64,000 bases of DNA from the IMG/VR virus record IMGVR_UViG_3300002835_000007, positions 25,748 through 89,747 of that record; one strand, given 5' to 3'. The notes beneath the pieces were generated by a model. That model made no database searches. It saw only the letters and a program-made list of their open reading frames with translations, and had not been told where the DNA came from. The position numbers were made by a program, and so were the translations under genes. This document shows positions 9,130-18,764 of this stretch, one piece after another. The stretch's first letter is position 1; every line of letters begins with the position of its first letter. Source of the stretch: a virus.

Positions 9130-9672
9130 ATGAATGATAATGAATTATTTTGTGCTTGTGTAAAAGGTAATACACAAGCACAAGGTTTATTATATGAAAA
9201 ATATAATAAACATCTATTTAACATTTGTTTAAGATACCTAGGTAATGAATATGACGCTGATGATTGTCTTCAAGATGGGTTTTTACATATTTTAAACAAG
9301 TTAACTAAAATGGATGCCACAACTAATATTAAATTAAATGGTTGGTTAAGTGTGGTAATGAAAAACTATACATTAGATGTGTTAAGAAAGAAAAAGAATG
9401 AAATGTCATTTGAATCAGTTGAATATTTTACAACTGAAGTAGTTGATGAAGAGGAGTTTATGGTTTCTATTTCGCAAAATACATTATTAGAATTAATAAA
9501 TAATTTATCACCACAATTTAAGAAAGTGTTTGAAATGTATGCTATTGATGAATTACCACATAAAGATATTGCAAAAGAATTAGGTATTAGTGAGAGTACA
9601 TCTAAGACTAATTACCATAGAGCAAGAAAAAAATTAAAAAAAGCTTTATTTCATTTGGATATTATAAATTAA
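9130..9672 (+). CDS. ECF-type RNA polymerase sigma factor (sigma70 regions 2 and 4)
   Basis: Track start 9121 is a TTG; ATG at 9130. Region 2-like segment (LLYEKYNKHLFNICLRYLGNEYDADDCLQDGFLHIL...WLSVVMKNYTLDVLRK) and a region 4 helix-turn-helix (ELPHKDIAKELGISESTSKTNYHRARKKL). Confidence 0.7.
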   Translation: MNDNELFCACVKGNTQAQGLLYEKYNKHLFNICLRYLGNEYDADDCLQDGFLHILNKLTKMDATTNIKLNGWLSVVMKNYTLDVLRKKKNEMSFESVEYFTTEVVDEEEFMVSISQNTLLELINNLSPQFKKVFEMYAIDELPHKDIAKELGISESTSKTNYHRARKKLKKALFHLDIIN

Positions 9673-9701
9673 ATTAGTATTTTAGGGTAAAATATTTAAT
9701 T

Positions 9702-11282
9702 ATGAAATTTAAAGAATTAACGGATGAAGTAATCGAAAAAGCAAGACAAATCTACACTGATAAAAGTATCAGTTGGGACAATAGAATGTCACTGTTAACA
9801 AATTTACTTGGTCGTTCAGAAAGAACTGTTCGCAAATGGTGTTCAGAGAAACTAGGGTTTAAAGAAAAAGCTGAAGTAGAACCAGAACAATACACCCAAG
9901 CAAAAAGCAAAGTGTTTGATAAAGAAAAGAAAAGATTTATCATTACATGGGCCCAAAACAACACTCCAATACATGCTAAATTTCTTAAAAACATTGAGAA
10001 ATATGCTGAATTTATTGAAGCTGACATTCATGTTATTGCTGGACGATATAAAAACCCTACTAGTGTATGGTCTGCTGAACAAGAAAATGAAGAGTTTTGG
10101 GATGAAAGAGTTGTAAAATACTTAGATGCTAACAGACATGATATACACAAATATTTGTCTATATTATCTGATATTAAAATACCACCTACAGCGGTTAACC
10201 CTATGACTGGTATGCAAGCATTAAGTGGTGTCAATTCATGTGTTTTTGGTAGCCCTAAAGTGCAAATGGAGATGATTCCAGTGTTAGATGGTAACGCACC
10301 TAAAATGATGTTAACAACTGGTGCTGTAACGATGCAAAACTATACTGATTCAAAATCTGGTAAAGTTGGTGAGTTCCACCATACATTTGGGTTTGTTGTT
10401 GTTGAAATCAAAGATAATGAAATTTTCTTTGTTAGACAAGTAACTGCTGATGATAAGAATGGTAACTTTTCAGACCTATATTATAGAGTTGAAAATGGGT
10501 TAATCAAACCTATTAAAACAATGGAAGCCATCATATTAGGTGATTTACATTGTGGTCATCATGACATAGATGTGTTGAACACAACAATTAATATGATGTA
10601 TAAAATATTACCTAAACACGTAATATTACATGACGTATTTGATGGAGATTCTATTAGTCATCACCAAATGAAAGACCCATTTGTTCAATATGGTAAAGAA
10701 GTGCAAGGTACTAATGATTTAGGTAAGGAAATCGATGATATGATGGTTATATTAGATAACTTTAAAGAGTTTGAAAATGTAGTTATTGTTCGTTCAAACC
10801 ATGATGACTTTGTTGACCGATGGTTAAAGAATGAAGATTGGAAAAAACAACCTACATTTAAAAACGCACCATTGTATATGGACTTGAGTGCTAGACTTTT
10901 AAGACAATATGCAACTGGTGATGAAGTGATTGGTGTTATTCCAGAATTAATCAAAGAAAGATTCCCTAAGTTTAAAACATTGGGTAGAAGTGCTTCTTAT
11001 AGAGTTAAAGATTGGGAGTTGGGACAGCATGGTGATATTGGTTCTAACGGAAGTAGAGGTTCTTTGTTACAGTTTAGAAAATTGAACACAAAGATTGTAG
11101 TTGGACATTACCATTCTCCAGGTCGTAAAGATGGTGCATTAGCAGTAGGAACTACGACAAGACTTAGAGTTGGGTACAATAATGGACCTAGTACATGGTT
11201 ACAAAGTCACGTTATTATACACAATGATGGTAGAGCACAACATATTAATTTTATTAATGGTGAATTTACAACATTTGGGTAA
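9702..11282 (+). CDS. metallophosphoesterase-domain protein (calcineurin/Mre11-SbcD-like motifs) with an N-terminal HTH-like region
   Basis: 526 aa; motifs in order ILGDLHCGHHD, HDVFDGD, IVRSNHDDF, GHYHSPG in the C-terminal half. The N-terminal roughly 280 aa are unassigned. Confidence 0.55.
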   Translation: MKFKELTDEVIEKARQIYTDKSISWDNRMSLLTNLLGRSERTVRKWCSEKLGFKEKAEVEPEQYTQAKSKVFDKEKKRFIITWAQNNTPIHAKFLKNIEKYAEFIEADIHVIAGRYKNPTSVWSAEQENEEFWDERVVKYLDANRHDIHKYLSILSDIKIPPTAVNPMTGMQALSGVNSCVFGSPKVQMEMIPVLDGNAPKMMLTTGAVTMQNYTDSKSGKVGEFHHTFGFVVVEIKDNEIFFVRQVTADDKNGNFSDLYYRVENGLIKPIKTMEAIILGDLHCGHHDIDVLNTTINMMYKILPKHVILHDVFDGDSISHHQMKDPFVQYGKEVQGTNDLGKEIDDMMVILDNFKEFENVVIVRSNHDDFVDRWLKNEDWKKQPTFKNAPLYMDLSARLLRQYATGDEVIGVIPELIKERFPKFKTLGRSASYRVKDWELGQHGDIGSNGSRGSLLQFRKLNTKIVVGHYHSPGRKDGALAVGTTTRLRVGYNNGPSTWLQSHVIIHNDGRAQHINFINGEFTTFG

Positions 11283-11686
11283 TGAAAAAGAAATTTAAGA
11301 AGTATACAGAACTTACTAACATTAGAAAAAAAGAGTTAAATAAGTTGTTTAAATCTAAAATTGAATTATATGAATGGCAGCATCCAATTAGATGGTGCCA
11401 TAAGTATAGTGTTTCAAAAGAAGAGTGTAAGTTATGGTTGGCAGAATTAATTGCCAACCATGCTAAAACTCCAAAGAACACATTAGATTACGTACAATAC
11501 TGTTTAGGTGCTTGGGGTAAACATTTTGAAATGACTACTCAACAATTCGATGTGATTAAAGAATGTATTGATACTGGTGATGACGCTAAACAAATAGCTT
11601 TCAATGTCTTAAACACCGTTAAGTTTGACCAAATAGAATTAATTAGTACTGATGAACATTATTTTTTAGCTAAAGAATTAAAATAA
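11282..11686 (+). CDS. hypothetical protein
   Basis: 134 aa ORF; start overlaps the upstream stop (TAATG). Confidence 0.45.
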   Translation: MKKKFKKYTELTNIRKKELNKLFKSKIELYEWQHPIRWCHKYSVSKEECKLWLAELIANHAKTPKNTLDYVQYCLGAWGKHFEMTTQQFDVIKECIDTGDDAKQIAFNVLNTVKFDQIELISTDEHYFLAKELK

Positions 11687-11687
11687 T

Positions 11688-12140
11688 ATGATTAAAACAA
11701 TAGCAGCTGGTGTATTTATTATTAATAAAAATAATAAAGTATTGATTTGTCACCCAACAAATCATAAACCAAATACATGGAGCATACCAAAAGGTAAGAT
11801 TGAAGCATTAGAAACTTTTGCTGAAGCTTGTATAAGAGAAACTTTTGAAGAAACAAACATAGATTTATCAGATTATAAAGATAAATTGATTATGTTGGAT
11901 AGTGTGAACTATTCACATAAAAAGAAAATGTTAATTCCTTTTGTTTTATTTGAGAATGATTGTGAGTTATTAGATTTAACTATGGTAACTTTACAATGTA
12001 ACTCAAATGTTCCAGAAGATAGAGGTGGATTTCCAGAAATGGATGGTTATGATTGGGTTACAATTGATGAAGCAAGAAAACTATTACATCCAACACAAGT
12101 TGCATGTTTAGATAAGGTTAAACAATTATTTTCAAGATGA
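11688..12140 (+). CDS. Nudix hydrolase
   Basis: 150 aa; Nudix box GKIEALETFAEACIRETFEETNI fits Gx5Ex7REUxEExGU. Confidence 0.8.
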   Translation: MIKTIAAGVFIINKNNKVLICHPTNHKPNTWSIPKGKIEALETFAEACIRETFEETNIDLSDYKDKLIMLDSVNYSHKKKMLIPFVLFENDCELLDLTMVTLQCNSNVPEDRGGFPEMDGYDWVTIDEARKLLHPTQVACLDKVKQLFSR

Positions 12141-12355
12141 TGAGATTAGATTTACATGGGGTTAAACACCACGAAGTTTCCAGAAAAGTAGATGAATTTA
12201 TCTGGGAAACTATTCAGAAGAAGAAGACACAAGCTGTTATTATAACTGGCAAGTCTACACCAATGAAACAATTAGTTAAAGATTGTTTAAAAGATTATGA
12301 CGCTAAATGTTTTGATTTGTTTGATGGTGGAAGTTTAGTTGTAGATTTATTTTAA
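12137..12355 (+). CDS. Smr-domain protein (small MutS-related nuclease domain)
   Basis: 72 aa; LDLHGVKHHEV...AVIITGKS matches the Smr signature (LDLHG...ITGKG). Confidence 0.55.
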   Translation: MMRLDLHGVKHHEVSRKVDEFIWETIQKKKTQAVIITGKSTPMKQLVKDCLKDYDAKCFDLFDGGSLVVDLF

Positions 12356-12361
12356 AATAAA

Positions 12362-12393
12362 TTTGCAAAATAGAAAAAAAGTTAGTACATTTG
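12362..12393 (+). promoter_or_regulatory. Bacteroidota-type promoter (TTTG / 20 nt / TACATTTG)
   Basis: TTTG 12362-12365; TACATTTG 12386-12393; ATG 12418. Confidence 0.55.
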
Positions 12394-12417
12394 AGTATAT
12401 AATTAAAAAGTAAATAA

Positions 12418-13659
12418 ATGAGTGATGTAAAAAAAGTATGGAATGAAGATGATAGTAGATTATATCTTTCTTTTCCATCAAAAGAATTTGACCTATTAGA
12501 TAATGGTGCTGTTTACAGTATTGGTATTGATGAAATGGGCCGTTTCTTCTTAACGAAGAAAAGTGATGGTTATAAGTTTGATTACAAACTTTATGGTTTG
12601 GAAACAGATTTTGTTAACCGAGTTATTAAAACATACGGTAAAACACAAGGAAACTTGGGTATTTTATTGAATGGTATCAAAGGTACTGGTAAAACAGTTA
12701 GTTCTAAATTGATTGCAACAAAAATCAATTTGCCAATTATCGTAGTTGATAGAAAAATAGATGGTGTTCATACTTTCTTAAACACTATCACACAAGACAT
12801 CACAGTTTTTATTGATGAGTATGAAAAGATTTATGGTGAATCTTCTCAAATGTTAACCATTATGGATGGTGCGTTAAACTCAACATACAGACGTTTGTTT
12901 TTGTTAACTACCAACGAGTTATATGTTGATAGAAACATCATTGAACGTCCAAGTCGTGTACGTTATTTGAAAGTGTTTGGTAATCTTAAACCAGATGTAG
13001 TTGAAGAAATTGTTGATGATATTTTAGAATACACACAATTCAAAAAAGAATGCATTTCATTTATTTCTAGTCTTGAAACAATTACAATTGATATTGTAAA
13101 AGCAGTATTGAATGAAGTAAACATCCATGAAGAAGCTCCGTCTGCATTTGAAAACGTGTTCAACGTTAAGAAAATCAAAGGTAACTACAATGTTAACCTT
13201 GTTGAAGATGGAAGTTTAAGCAAATTGGCTAAAAACGTTAGAGTTTATCCAAAACCAACTTATGCTGATAATTCAATCGGTTACCACTTTGAAATTGATG
13301 GTCAATCAATCGGTATGATTACTAGAATCATTAACTGGACAACTATCGAGGTGTCACCATACACTGATAGAAAAGGTAAACTAGTAGGTTTTGATGAACC
13401 AATTATCTTAAAAATTGAAGATGCTGATACTGTTAACTACGCATACAGCTATGGTTCATTTGATGAGTTTGGTATTCCAACAAATGCAGCAGCAGTATCT
13501 ACAACAAAAGAAGTTTCACCAATTGCTAATAGAATTTTAAAAGCAATTGAAAAATCTGATGAAGAAGAAGATGAATCAGACAATGATGTTGTTGAAATGA
13601 AAGTATCATCTATACCATTAGTTGATGATAGTTTTGAATCTAAAACAATATGTGAATAA
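12418..13659 (+). CDS. AAA+ ATPase family protein
   Basis: 413 aa; Walker A GILLNGIKGTGKT and Walker B-like FIDEYE; acidic C-terminal tail. Confidence 0.6.
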   Translation: MSDVKKVWNEDDSRLYLSFPSKEFDLLDNGAVYSIGIDEMGRFFLTKKSDGYKFDYKLYGLETDFVNRVIKTYGKTQGNLGILLNGIKGTGKTVSSKLIATKINLPIIVVDRKIDGVHTFLNTITQDITVFIDEYEKIYGESSQMLTIMDGALNSTYRRLFLLTTNELYVDRNIIERPSRVRYLKVFGNLKPDVVEEIVDDILEYTQFKKECISFISSLETITIDIVKAVLNEVNIHEEAPSAFENVFNVKKIKGNYNVNLVEDGSLSKLAKNVRVYPKPTYADNSIGYHFEIDGQSIGMITRIINWTTIEVSPYTDRKGKLVGFDEPIILKIEDADTVNYAYSYGSFDEFGIPTNAAAVSTTKEVSPIANRILKAIEKSDEEEDESDNDVVEMKVSSIPLVDDSFESKTICE

Positions 13660-13668
13660 AAAATAAAT

Positions 13669-13689
13669 AAGGGGACAATTGTCCCCTTA
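13669..13689 (+). terminator. hairpin (possible terminator) after AAA ATPase gene
   Basis: Perfect palindrome AAGGGGACAATTGTCCCCTTA, followed by a T-rich tract. Confidence 0.55.
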
Positions 13690-13704
13690 TAAATTTAAAA
13701 TTAA

Positions 13705-14085
13705 ATGACTAATAAAGTTAAAATAAAATTAAAAGACATAGTTCAATCTAAAAAACAGATTCATTGGTCCAAAAAACAATTAAATATGATTGATGGGATT
13801 TCTGATAATTATGATGAGGATATAAGTTTAATATGGGTCACAAAATTTAACGAAATTATTGATGGACATCATAGATATGAAATATTGATTAATAAATTTG
13901 GTGGTGAACATGAGATAACGGTAAGACAATTTAATGTGTCAAAAAAAATATTTAAAACAATAGTTTATATTTTTTTACCATTATCTTTAATTATTTTATT
14001 ACCTTTGTATTTAATTATTGAACGTTTTAAATTTAAAAAATGGCAAAGAAAAAAAGAGAACATAGAATTAATGATGAAATCATAG
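13705..14085 (+). CDS. ParB-like nuclease-domain protein with C-terminal TM anchor
   Basis: 126 aa; DGHHR motif (IIDGHHRYEIL) followed by hydrophobic IVYIFLPLSLIILLPLYLII. Confidence 0.4.
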   Translation: MTNKVKIKLKDIVQSKKQIHWSKKQLNMIDGISDNYDEDISLIWVTKFNEIIDGHHRYEILINKFGGEHEITVRQFNVSKKIFKTIVYIFLPLSLIILLPLYLIIERFKFKKWQRKKENIELMMKS

Positions 14086-14537
14086 CAAGAACTGTAAGAG
14101 TTGATGGTGTTATTATGTCTATTCAAGAAGCATTACATAAAGCTGAACAATCTGAAATGGATTTGGTTTTAATTAATGATAATGCTGAACCTAAAATATG
14201 TCGCATATTAAACTATCAAAAGTTTTTATACGAACAAAAAAGAAAAGACAAAGAAAAGAGTAAATCACTTGAACTTAAAGAAATAAAGTTAGGACCAAAC
14301 ACATCTGAAAATGATTTATCTTATCGTTCTAAACACATTATTGAGTTTTTGGATAAAGGACATAAAGTAAAACTTACTATGCAGTTCAGAGGTCGTGAAA
14401 TGGCCTTTGTTTCCAAAGGTGAGTTGATTATGTTAAAATTGATTGATTCGATTTCAGAACATGGGTTGCCAGAAAGTATGCCAAAGATGGAGGGTAAAAG
14501 AATGCAATGTCTTCTAAAACCAAAAGTTAAGAAATAA
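14040..14537 (+). CDS. infC: translation initiation factor IF-3
   Basis: 165 aa. Colinear with bacterial IF3: N-domain INDEIIARTVRVDG...DLVLIN, linker, and C-domain KEIKLGPNTSENDLSYRSKHIIEFLDKGHKVKLTMQFRGREMAF. Overlaps the previous ORF by 46 nt. Confidence 0.85.
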   Translation: MAKKKREHRINDEIIARTVRVDGVIMSIQEALHKAEQSEMDLVLINDNAEPKICRILNYQKFLYEQKRKDKEKSKSLELKEIKLGPNTSENDLSYRSKHIIEFLDKGHKVKLTMQFRGREMAFVSKGELIMLKLIDSISEHGLPESMPKMEGKRMQCLLKPKVKK

Positions 14538-14573
14538 CCTTGACACTTTAAGAAAAAATACTTATTGTTGTGT

Positions 14574-15212
14574 ATGATTTTATTTATACAACAATATTTG
14601 TCGGAATACTACTATATTAAAACCAGTGAAGTTGGTAATGATGGAATTTATTCCATTATTGATGAAAGACGTATTCCGATACCATTCAATGGTGGCAAAC
14701 TCATAAAAGAGATTGTTACCATTTTTGGTTTAGAAGAAGATGTTTTAAAATCATATATAGAAAGTTGGGCTGTTTCAATAAAACCAGATGTAGATTTGGA
14801 ATTTTATTGGAAAACAACAGAAGACTTATTTGGTTTTCCAATTGCACACCAAATAGCAGCAACCACTATTGCTATGGATTTGGTTGCAGTACAACCGATG
14901 GACGGACCAAGAGGTGAGTTATTATATATGGATTTCCAATATGGTGTTGACACAGCAACTGGTGATTCACAAACAGTTACAGCAACAACTAGAAATGGTC
15001 GTGTTTATAATGAAGAAATATATAGACAGAGTTGGGGTGATATGGTAGCACAATTATCTGAAAACCAACAAAATCATATATTTGGAGAATTAGACCACCC
15101 AACACCAGCTATAAACATAACTGTAAATGATAGAGATGATTCGATAGTGTATAGTGCATTAAATAAATGGAAAGATATTATTGGGATATCTAGTAGAAAA
15201 TTTGGAGAATAG
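14574..15212 (+). CDS. hypothetical protein
   Basis: Track start 14565 is a TTG; ATG at 14574. Contains IAMDLVAVQPMDGPRGELLYMDF, which resembles the T4 gp23/gp24 signature (ICGVQPMNSPTGQVF). The protein is only about 212 aa. Confidence 0.45.
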   Translation: MILFIQQYLSEYYYIKTSEVGNDGIYSIIDERRIPIPFNGGKLIKEIVTIFGLEEDVLKSYIESWAVSIKPDVDLEFYWKTTEDLFGFPIAHQIAATTIAMDLVAVQPMDGPRGELLYMDFQYGVDTATGDSQTVTATTRNGRVYNEEIYRQSWGDMVAQLSENQQNHIFGELDHPTPAINITVNDRDDSIVYSALNKWKDIIGISSRKFGE

Positions 15213-15232
15213 AAAAGTTTTGTGTACATTTG
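15201..15232 (+). promoter_or_regulatory. Bacteroidota-type promoter (TTTG / 20 nt / TACATTTG)
   Basis: TTTG 15201-15204; TACATTTG 15225-15232; ATG 15248. Confidence 0.55.
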
Positions 15233-15247
15233 TAGATATTTACTAAT

Positions 15248-15595
15248 ATGAACGTTATGAATATGTTTAAAAGTAGGAAAGGTAAGATAAAAAGTGTTTT
15301 AGAATATAAACTTGGTAATAAGTTAGATGATAATGATATCAATGACATATTAGAAGTTTTTGATGTGTATCAAAAAGATAATTTAGATAGCATTGATAAA
15401 TTAAAGCGAGATAAAGTTTACGAAACAAAAAGAATTAGTGGTGCATTGAAACAAACAATCAATGCTCATGGACCAATTACTAAACAATTCATTGGTTCAG
15501 CAACCAAAAGGGTTTATGGGTCATTGTTAAACAACGAAAAGAAAGAAAGTTTTATAATAAGATTATGGAAAAAGATATGGAAAAAACAAAAATAG
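15248..15595 (+). CDS. hypothetical basic protein
   Basis: 115 aa ORF with its own promoter (15201-15232). Confidence 0.45.
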   Translation: MNVMNMFKSRKGKIKSVLEYKLGNKLDDNDINDILEVFDVYQKDNLDSIDKLKRDKVYETKRISGALKQTINAHGPITKQFIGSATKRVYGSLLNNEKKESFIIRLWKKIWKKQK

Positions 15596-16095
15596 CAATA
15601 TTTGATTTTGATGGGACATTGGTTAACACACCGATGCCAGATGAAGGTAAAGATTTATACAAAGAAAAGACTGGCAAAGAATGGCCGCATAAAGGTTGGT
15701 GGTCTAAACCAGAATCATTAGACTTAGATGTTTTTGAAATGCCTACAGTTGATGATGTAATTGTTGATTACGTATTAGAAGCAGCAACAAAAGATACAAT
15801 CATTGTTATGTTGACTGGTCGTATGCAAAACTTATCAGATAGTGTTAAAAAAATATTAGATGCACATGGTCTTATGTTTCACGAATACCATTTCAACAGA
15901 GGTGGCAGCACTGAATATGCTAAAATGAATACTATGGATGATTTACTTAATAAATACCCATCAGTTAGAGAAATAAAAATGTGGGATGATAGAGATGAAC
16001 ACATTCCAATCTTCAAAGAATGGGGAGATAAAAAAGTATCATCTGGTAGATTAGACAAGTTTAAAATTAAACATGTTATTCAAAATAGACATTGA
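15565..16095 (+). CDS. HAD-like hydrolase
   Basis: 176 aa; HAD motif I IAIFDFDGTLVNT. Confidence 0.5.
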   Translation: MEKDMEKTKIAIFDFDGTLVNTPMPDEGKDLYKEKTGKEWPHKGWWSKPESLDLDVFEMPTVDDVIVDYVLEAATKDTIIVMLTGRMQNLSDSVKKILDAHGLMFHEYHFNRGGSTEYAKMNTMDDLLNKYPSVREIKMWDDRDEHIPIFKEWGDKKVSSGRLDKFKIKHVIQNRH

Positions 16096-16100
16096 AAATG

Positions 16101-16130
16101 AACCCACTAAGAAATTAGTGGGTTTTTTAT
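16101..16130 (+). terminator. rho-independent terminator
   Basis: AACCCACTAAGAAATTAGTGGGTT followed by TTTTT; the next promoter's -33 box follows immediately. Confidence 0.8.
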
Positions 16131-16161
16131 TTGTAATTTAAGAATATTATACATACATTTG
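16130..16161 (+). promoter_or_regulatory. Bacteroidota-type promoter (TTTG / 20 nt / TACATTTG)
   Basis: TTTG 16130-16133, directly after terminator 16101-16130; TACATTTG 16154-16161; ATG 16183. Confidence 0.55.
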
Positions 16162-16182
16162 TAATAATTAATAATAAGAGTT

Positions 16183-16740
16183 ATGTTAAAAGAAAATTTT
16201 AAAAATAAGTTAATAGAAAGTTTCAATGATAATCAACATGATAATTTAAACGTTGGTGGGTTAATTTCATTTATGGAAAATTCAGATGTTAATTATTATA
16301 TGGCTGATTTGAATGGCCCTATGGGTATGGCAACTATTAATGGTGTTTATATAGATATTAACAATATATTATCTAAATTTGGGTTCCCAATTGGAACAAA
16401 CACTATGCTGCTTTATTTTATCATACTACACGAGACAGCTCATATGAAAAGAATAATTAAATTAGGTAAGGATAAAGTGTTAGAGAAATTATCATTAACA
16501 GACTTTAATGATTTTTTTGAACATATTATTAATGAAGAATTAATTGCTGATAATTATGGTTGTTTAATTTATTATCTTTTAAACAAAAAGAAATATCCTT
16601 CTTATTACACACAGAATTTAGGTGACGCAAAAAATAAAGAAAGATACAAACAAACTGCCAGAGGTTTTTACGGGCAAATACAAAATGATGAGACAAAATA
16701 TAACAAACTTGTCAATAGATTTATAAAAAAAATATATTAA
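16183..16740 (+). CDS. hypothetical protein with HExxH motif (possible metallopeptidase)
   Basis: 185 aa; ILHETAHM. Confidence 0.35.
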   Translation: MLKENFKNKLIESFNDNQHDNLNVGGLISFMENSDVNYYMADLNGPMGMATINGVYIDINNILSKFGFPIGTNTMLLYFIILHETAHMKRIIKLGKDKVLEKLSLTDFNDFFEHIINEELIADNYGCLIYYLLNKKKYPSYYTQNLGDAKNKERYKQTARGFYGQIQNDETKYNKLVNRFIKKIY

Positions 16741-18726
16741 ATGATTAAAATAAATGATATAATAGAAGGGAAGTTAAGTATGAACGCAAGTGGTTCTGCT
16801 TATTTGGTGAGTGAGAATATACCAAAAGATATTTACATACACAAATCTAAAACAAACAAAGCGTTACATTTAGATAAAGTTAAAATAGAGGTAATCCATG
16901 GACAAGGACGTTCTATAGAAGGTAAAGTAATTGAAATTGTAGAACGATTTAGAACAGAATTTGTAGGTACAATACAAATAAGTGAGAAGTTCGCTTTCTT
17001 TGTACCAGATTCAAATAAAATAATAATTGATTTCTTTATACCTTTGAATAAATTAAATGGTGCTATACATGGTCAAAAGGTTGTTGCAGCATTGACTGAA
17101 TGGAAAGAAGACGCTAAGAACCCTAATGGTAAAATAGTTAGAGTTATTGGTAATTCTGGTGAACACGAAACGGAAATACATTCAATCTTAGAAGAATACG
17201 GATTACCTTATGATTTCCCAGATGATGTAATAGCAGAGTCTGAAGCAATATCAGAAGAAATACTACAATCTGAAATAGAGAAACGTATAGATATGCGTGA
17301 TGTGTTGACATTTACCATTGACCCACATGATGCAAAAGATTTTGATGATGCGTTGAGTGTTAGATGGGTTGATGGAGTATTGGAAGTTGGTGTTCATATC
17401 GCTGATGTGGCACACTACATGCGACCAGAAACTGAATTGGATAGAGAAGCGTTTGCTAGAGGAACTAGTGTTTACCTAGTGGATAGATGCGTGCCAATGA
17501 TACCAGAGAAGCTTTCTAACGGACTTTGTTCACTAAGACCACACGAAGATAAGCTTTGCTTTTCAGTGGTGTTTAAAATCGACCAAAATGGACGTGTGAT
17601 GGATGAGTGGTTTGGTAGAACAGTAATACATTCTGACCATAGATTTACATATGAAGAAGCACAATCGATAATTGAGGTAGGTAAACTACCTAAAGATGCT
17701 ATCGCTGAAGGTGAAACCTTAATATTTGAAAAATCTGGGTTAGGTTCTGTTGTTGGATGGGATAAAGCAACCAATTTAGGTAATGCTATATTGGTGTTGG
17801 ATAAATACGCTAAGAAAATGCGTAAGGTAAGATTTAGCAAAGGTTCTATTTCATTTGACAAACATGAAGTTAGGTTCAAGTTAGATGAAAACAACAAACC
17901 AATTGATATTATATTCAAGATTGGTAAGGATTCCAACAAATTGATTGAAGAATACATGTTATTGGCTAACAGACATGTTGCTCAGTTTATTAATCAAAAA
18001 GGTTTACCAATGGTTAACAGAGCTCATGATAAGCCAGATGAAGCTAAATTAGAAAGTCTTAAAGATTTCATTCATCAATTTGGTTATGAGATTAAAGTTG
18101 ACACACCAGAAGAAACAACTAAATCTTTGAATAAGTTGCTGCGTGATGTAAGAGGTACTAGTGAAGAAGAAATGATTACTAATCTTGTAGTTAGAACAAT
18201 GCAGAAAGCTGATTATAGAACAAAGAATATTGGTCACTATGGTTTAGGTTTCAAACATTATGCTCACTTTACAAGTCCAATCAGACGTTATCCAGATGTT
18301 ATTGTACATAGATTGTTAGCGTTGTATTTAGATGATACTAGAAAGACTAACCCTAACATTGCTAAATTAGATGGTAAGTGTACACATTTATCTGAAAGAG
18401 AGAAGAAAGCACAAAAAGCTGAACGTGATAGCATTAAGTTCATGCAATGTGTTTATATGTCAGATAAGGTAGGTAAAGTTTACAAAGGTATGGTAACTAG
18501 TGTTGCTGAATTTGGGTTGTTTATTACTATCGAAGAGAATGGTTGTGATGGGTTAGTTAAATTATCTGACATAATGGGTGACACATTTGTTGCGGATACT
18601 GAAAATTACCGAGTTAAAGGTACTAAAACTGGTGCTTATTTACGTTTGGGGGATGAAGTTCATGTAGTCGTAACGTCTGTTGATATTGAAAAAAAGAACA
18701 TTAATTTATCATTAATTAACCTATAG
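16741..18726 (+). CDS. rnr: RNase R / RNase II-family 3'-5' exoribonuclease
   Basis: 661 aa; N-terminal OB/cold-shock-like region, RNB catalytic domain (DPHDAKDFDDALSV) and a C-terminal S1 domain (KGMVTSVAEFGLFITIEENGCDGLV). Confidence 0.85.
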   Translation: MIKINDIIEGKLSMNASGSAYLVSENIPKDIYIHKSKTNKALHLDKVKIEVIHGQGRSIEGKVIEIVERFRTEFVGTIQISEKFAFFVPDSNKIIIDFFIPLNKLNGAIHGQKVVAALTEWKEDAKNPNGKIVRVIGNSGEHETEIHSILEEYGLPYDFPDDVIAESEAISEEILQSEIEKRIDMRDVLTFTIDPHDAKDFDDALSVRWVDGVLEVGVHIADVAHYMRPETELDREAFARGTSVYLVDRCVPMIPEKLSNGLCSLRPHEDKLCFSVVFKIDQNGRVMDEWFGRTVIHSDHRFTYEEAQSIIEVGKLPKDAIAEGETLIFEKSGLGSVVGWDKATNLGNAILVLDKYAKKMRKVRFSKGSISFDKHEVRFKLDENNKPIDIIFKIGKDSNKLIEEYMLLANRHVAQFINQKGLPMVNRAHDKPDEAKLESLKDFIHQFGYEIKVDTPEETTKSLNKLLRDVRGTSEEEMITNLVVRTMQKADYRTKNIGHYGLGFKHYAHFTSPIRRYPDVIVHRLLALYLDDTRKTNPNIAKLDGKCTHLSEREKKAQKAERDSIKFMQCVYMSDKVGKVYKGMVTSVAEFGLFITIEENGCDGLVKLSDIMGDTFVADTENYRVKGTKTGAYLRLGDEVHVVVTSVDIEKKNINLSLINL

Positions 18727-18764
18727 ACTTTATTTTTTAAGTTTTATTTAGTATATTAGGGATT

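Noticed and set aside
904-10234. Minus-strand ORFs from the track nested inside confident plus-strand genes (904-1107, 1162-1428, 2566-2787, 5933-6166, 6471-6662, 6915-7259, 7284-7502, 7837-8067, 8855-9097, 9752-10027, 9852-10082, 10028-10234; also later ones at 10685, 11266, 12963, 17472, 18049, 20528, 21994, 23218, 24941, 25283, 26680, 27731, 30117, 31670, 33585, 34480, 38612, 41385, 51762, 56493, 57993, 58919, 59496, 61840)
   Set aside because: They lie antisense within longer genes that have clear homology or compact architecture. Spurious antisense ORFs are expected in AT-rich DNA. None has its own promoter motif.
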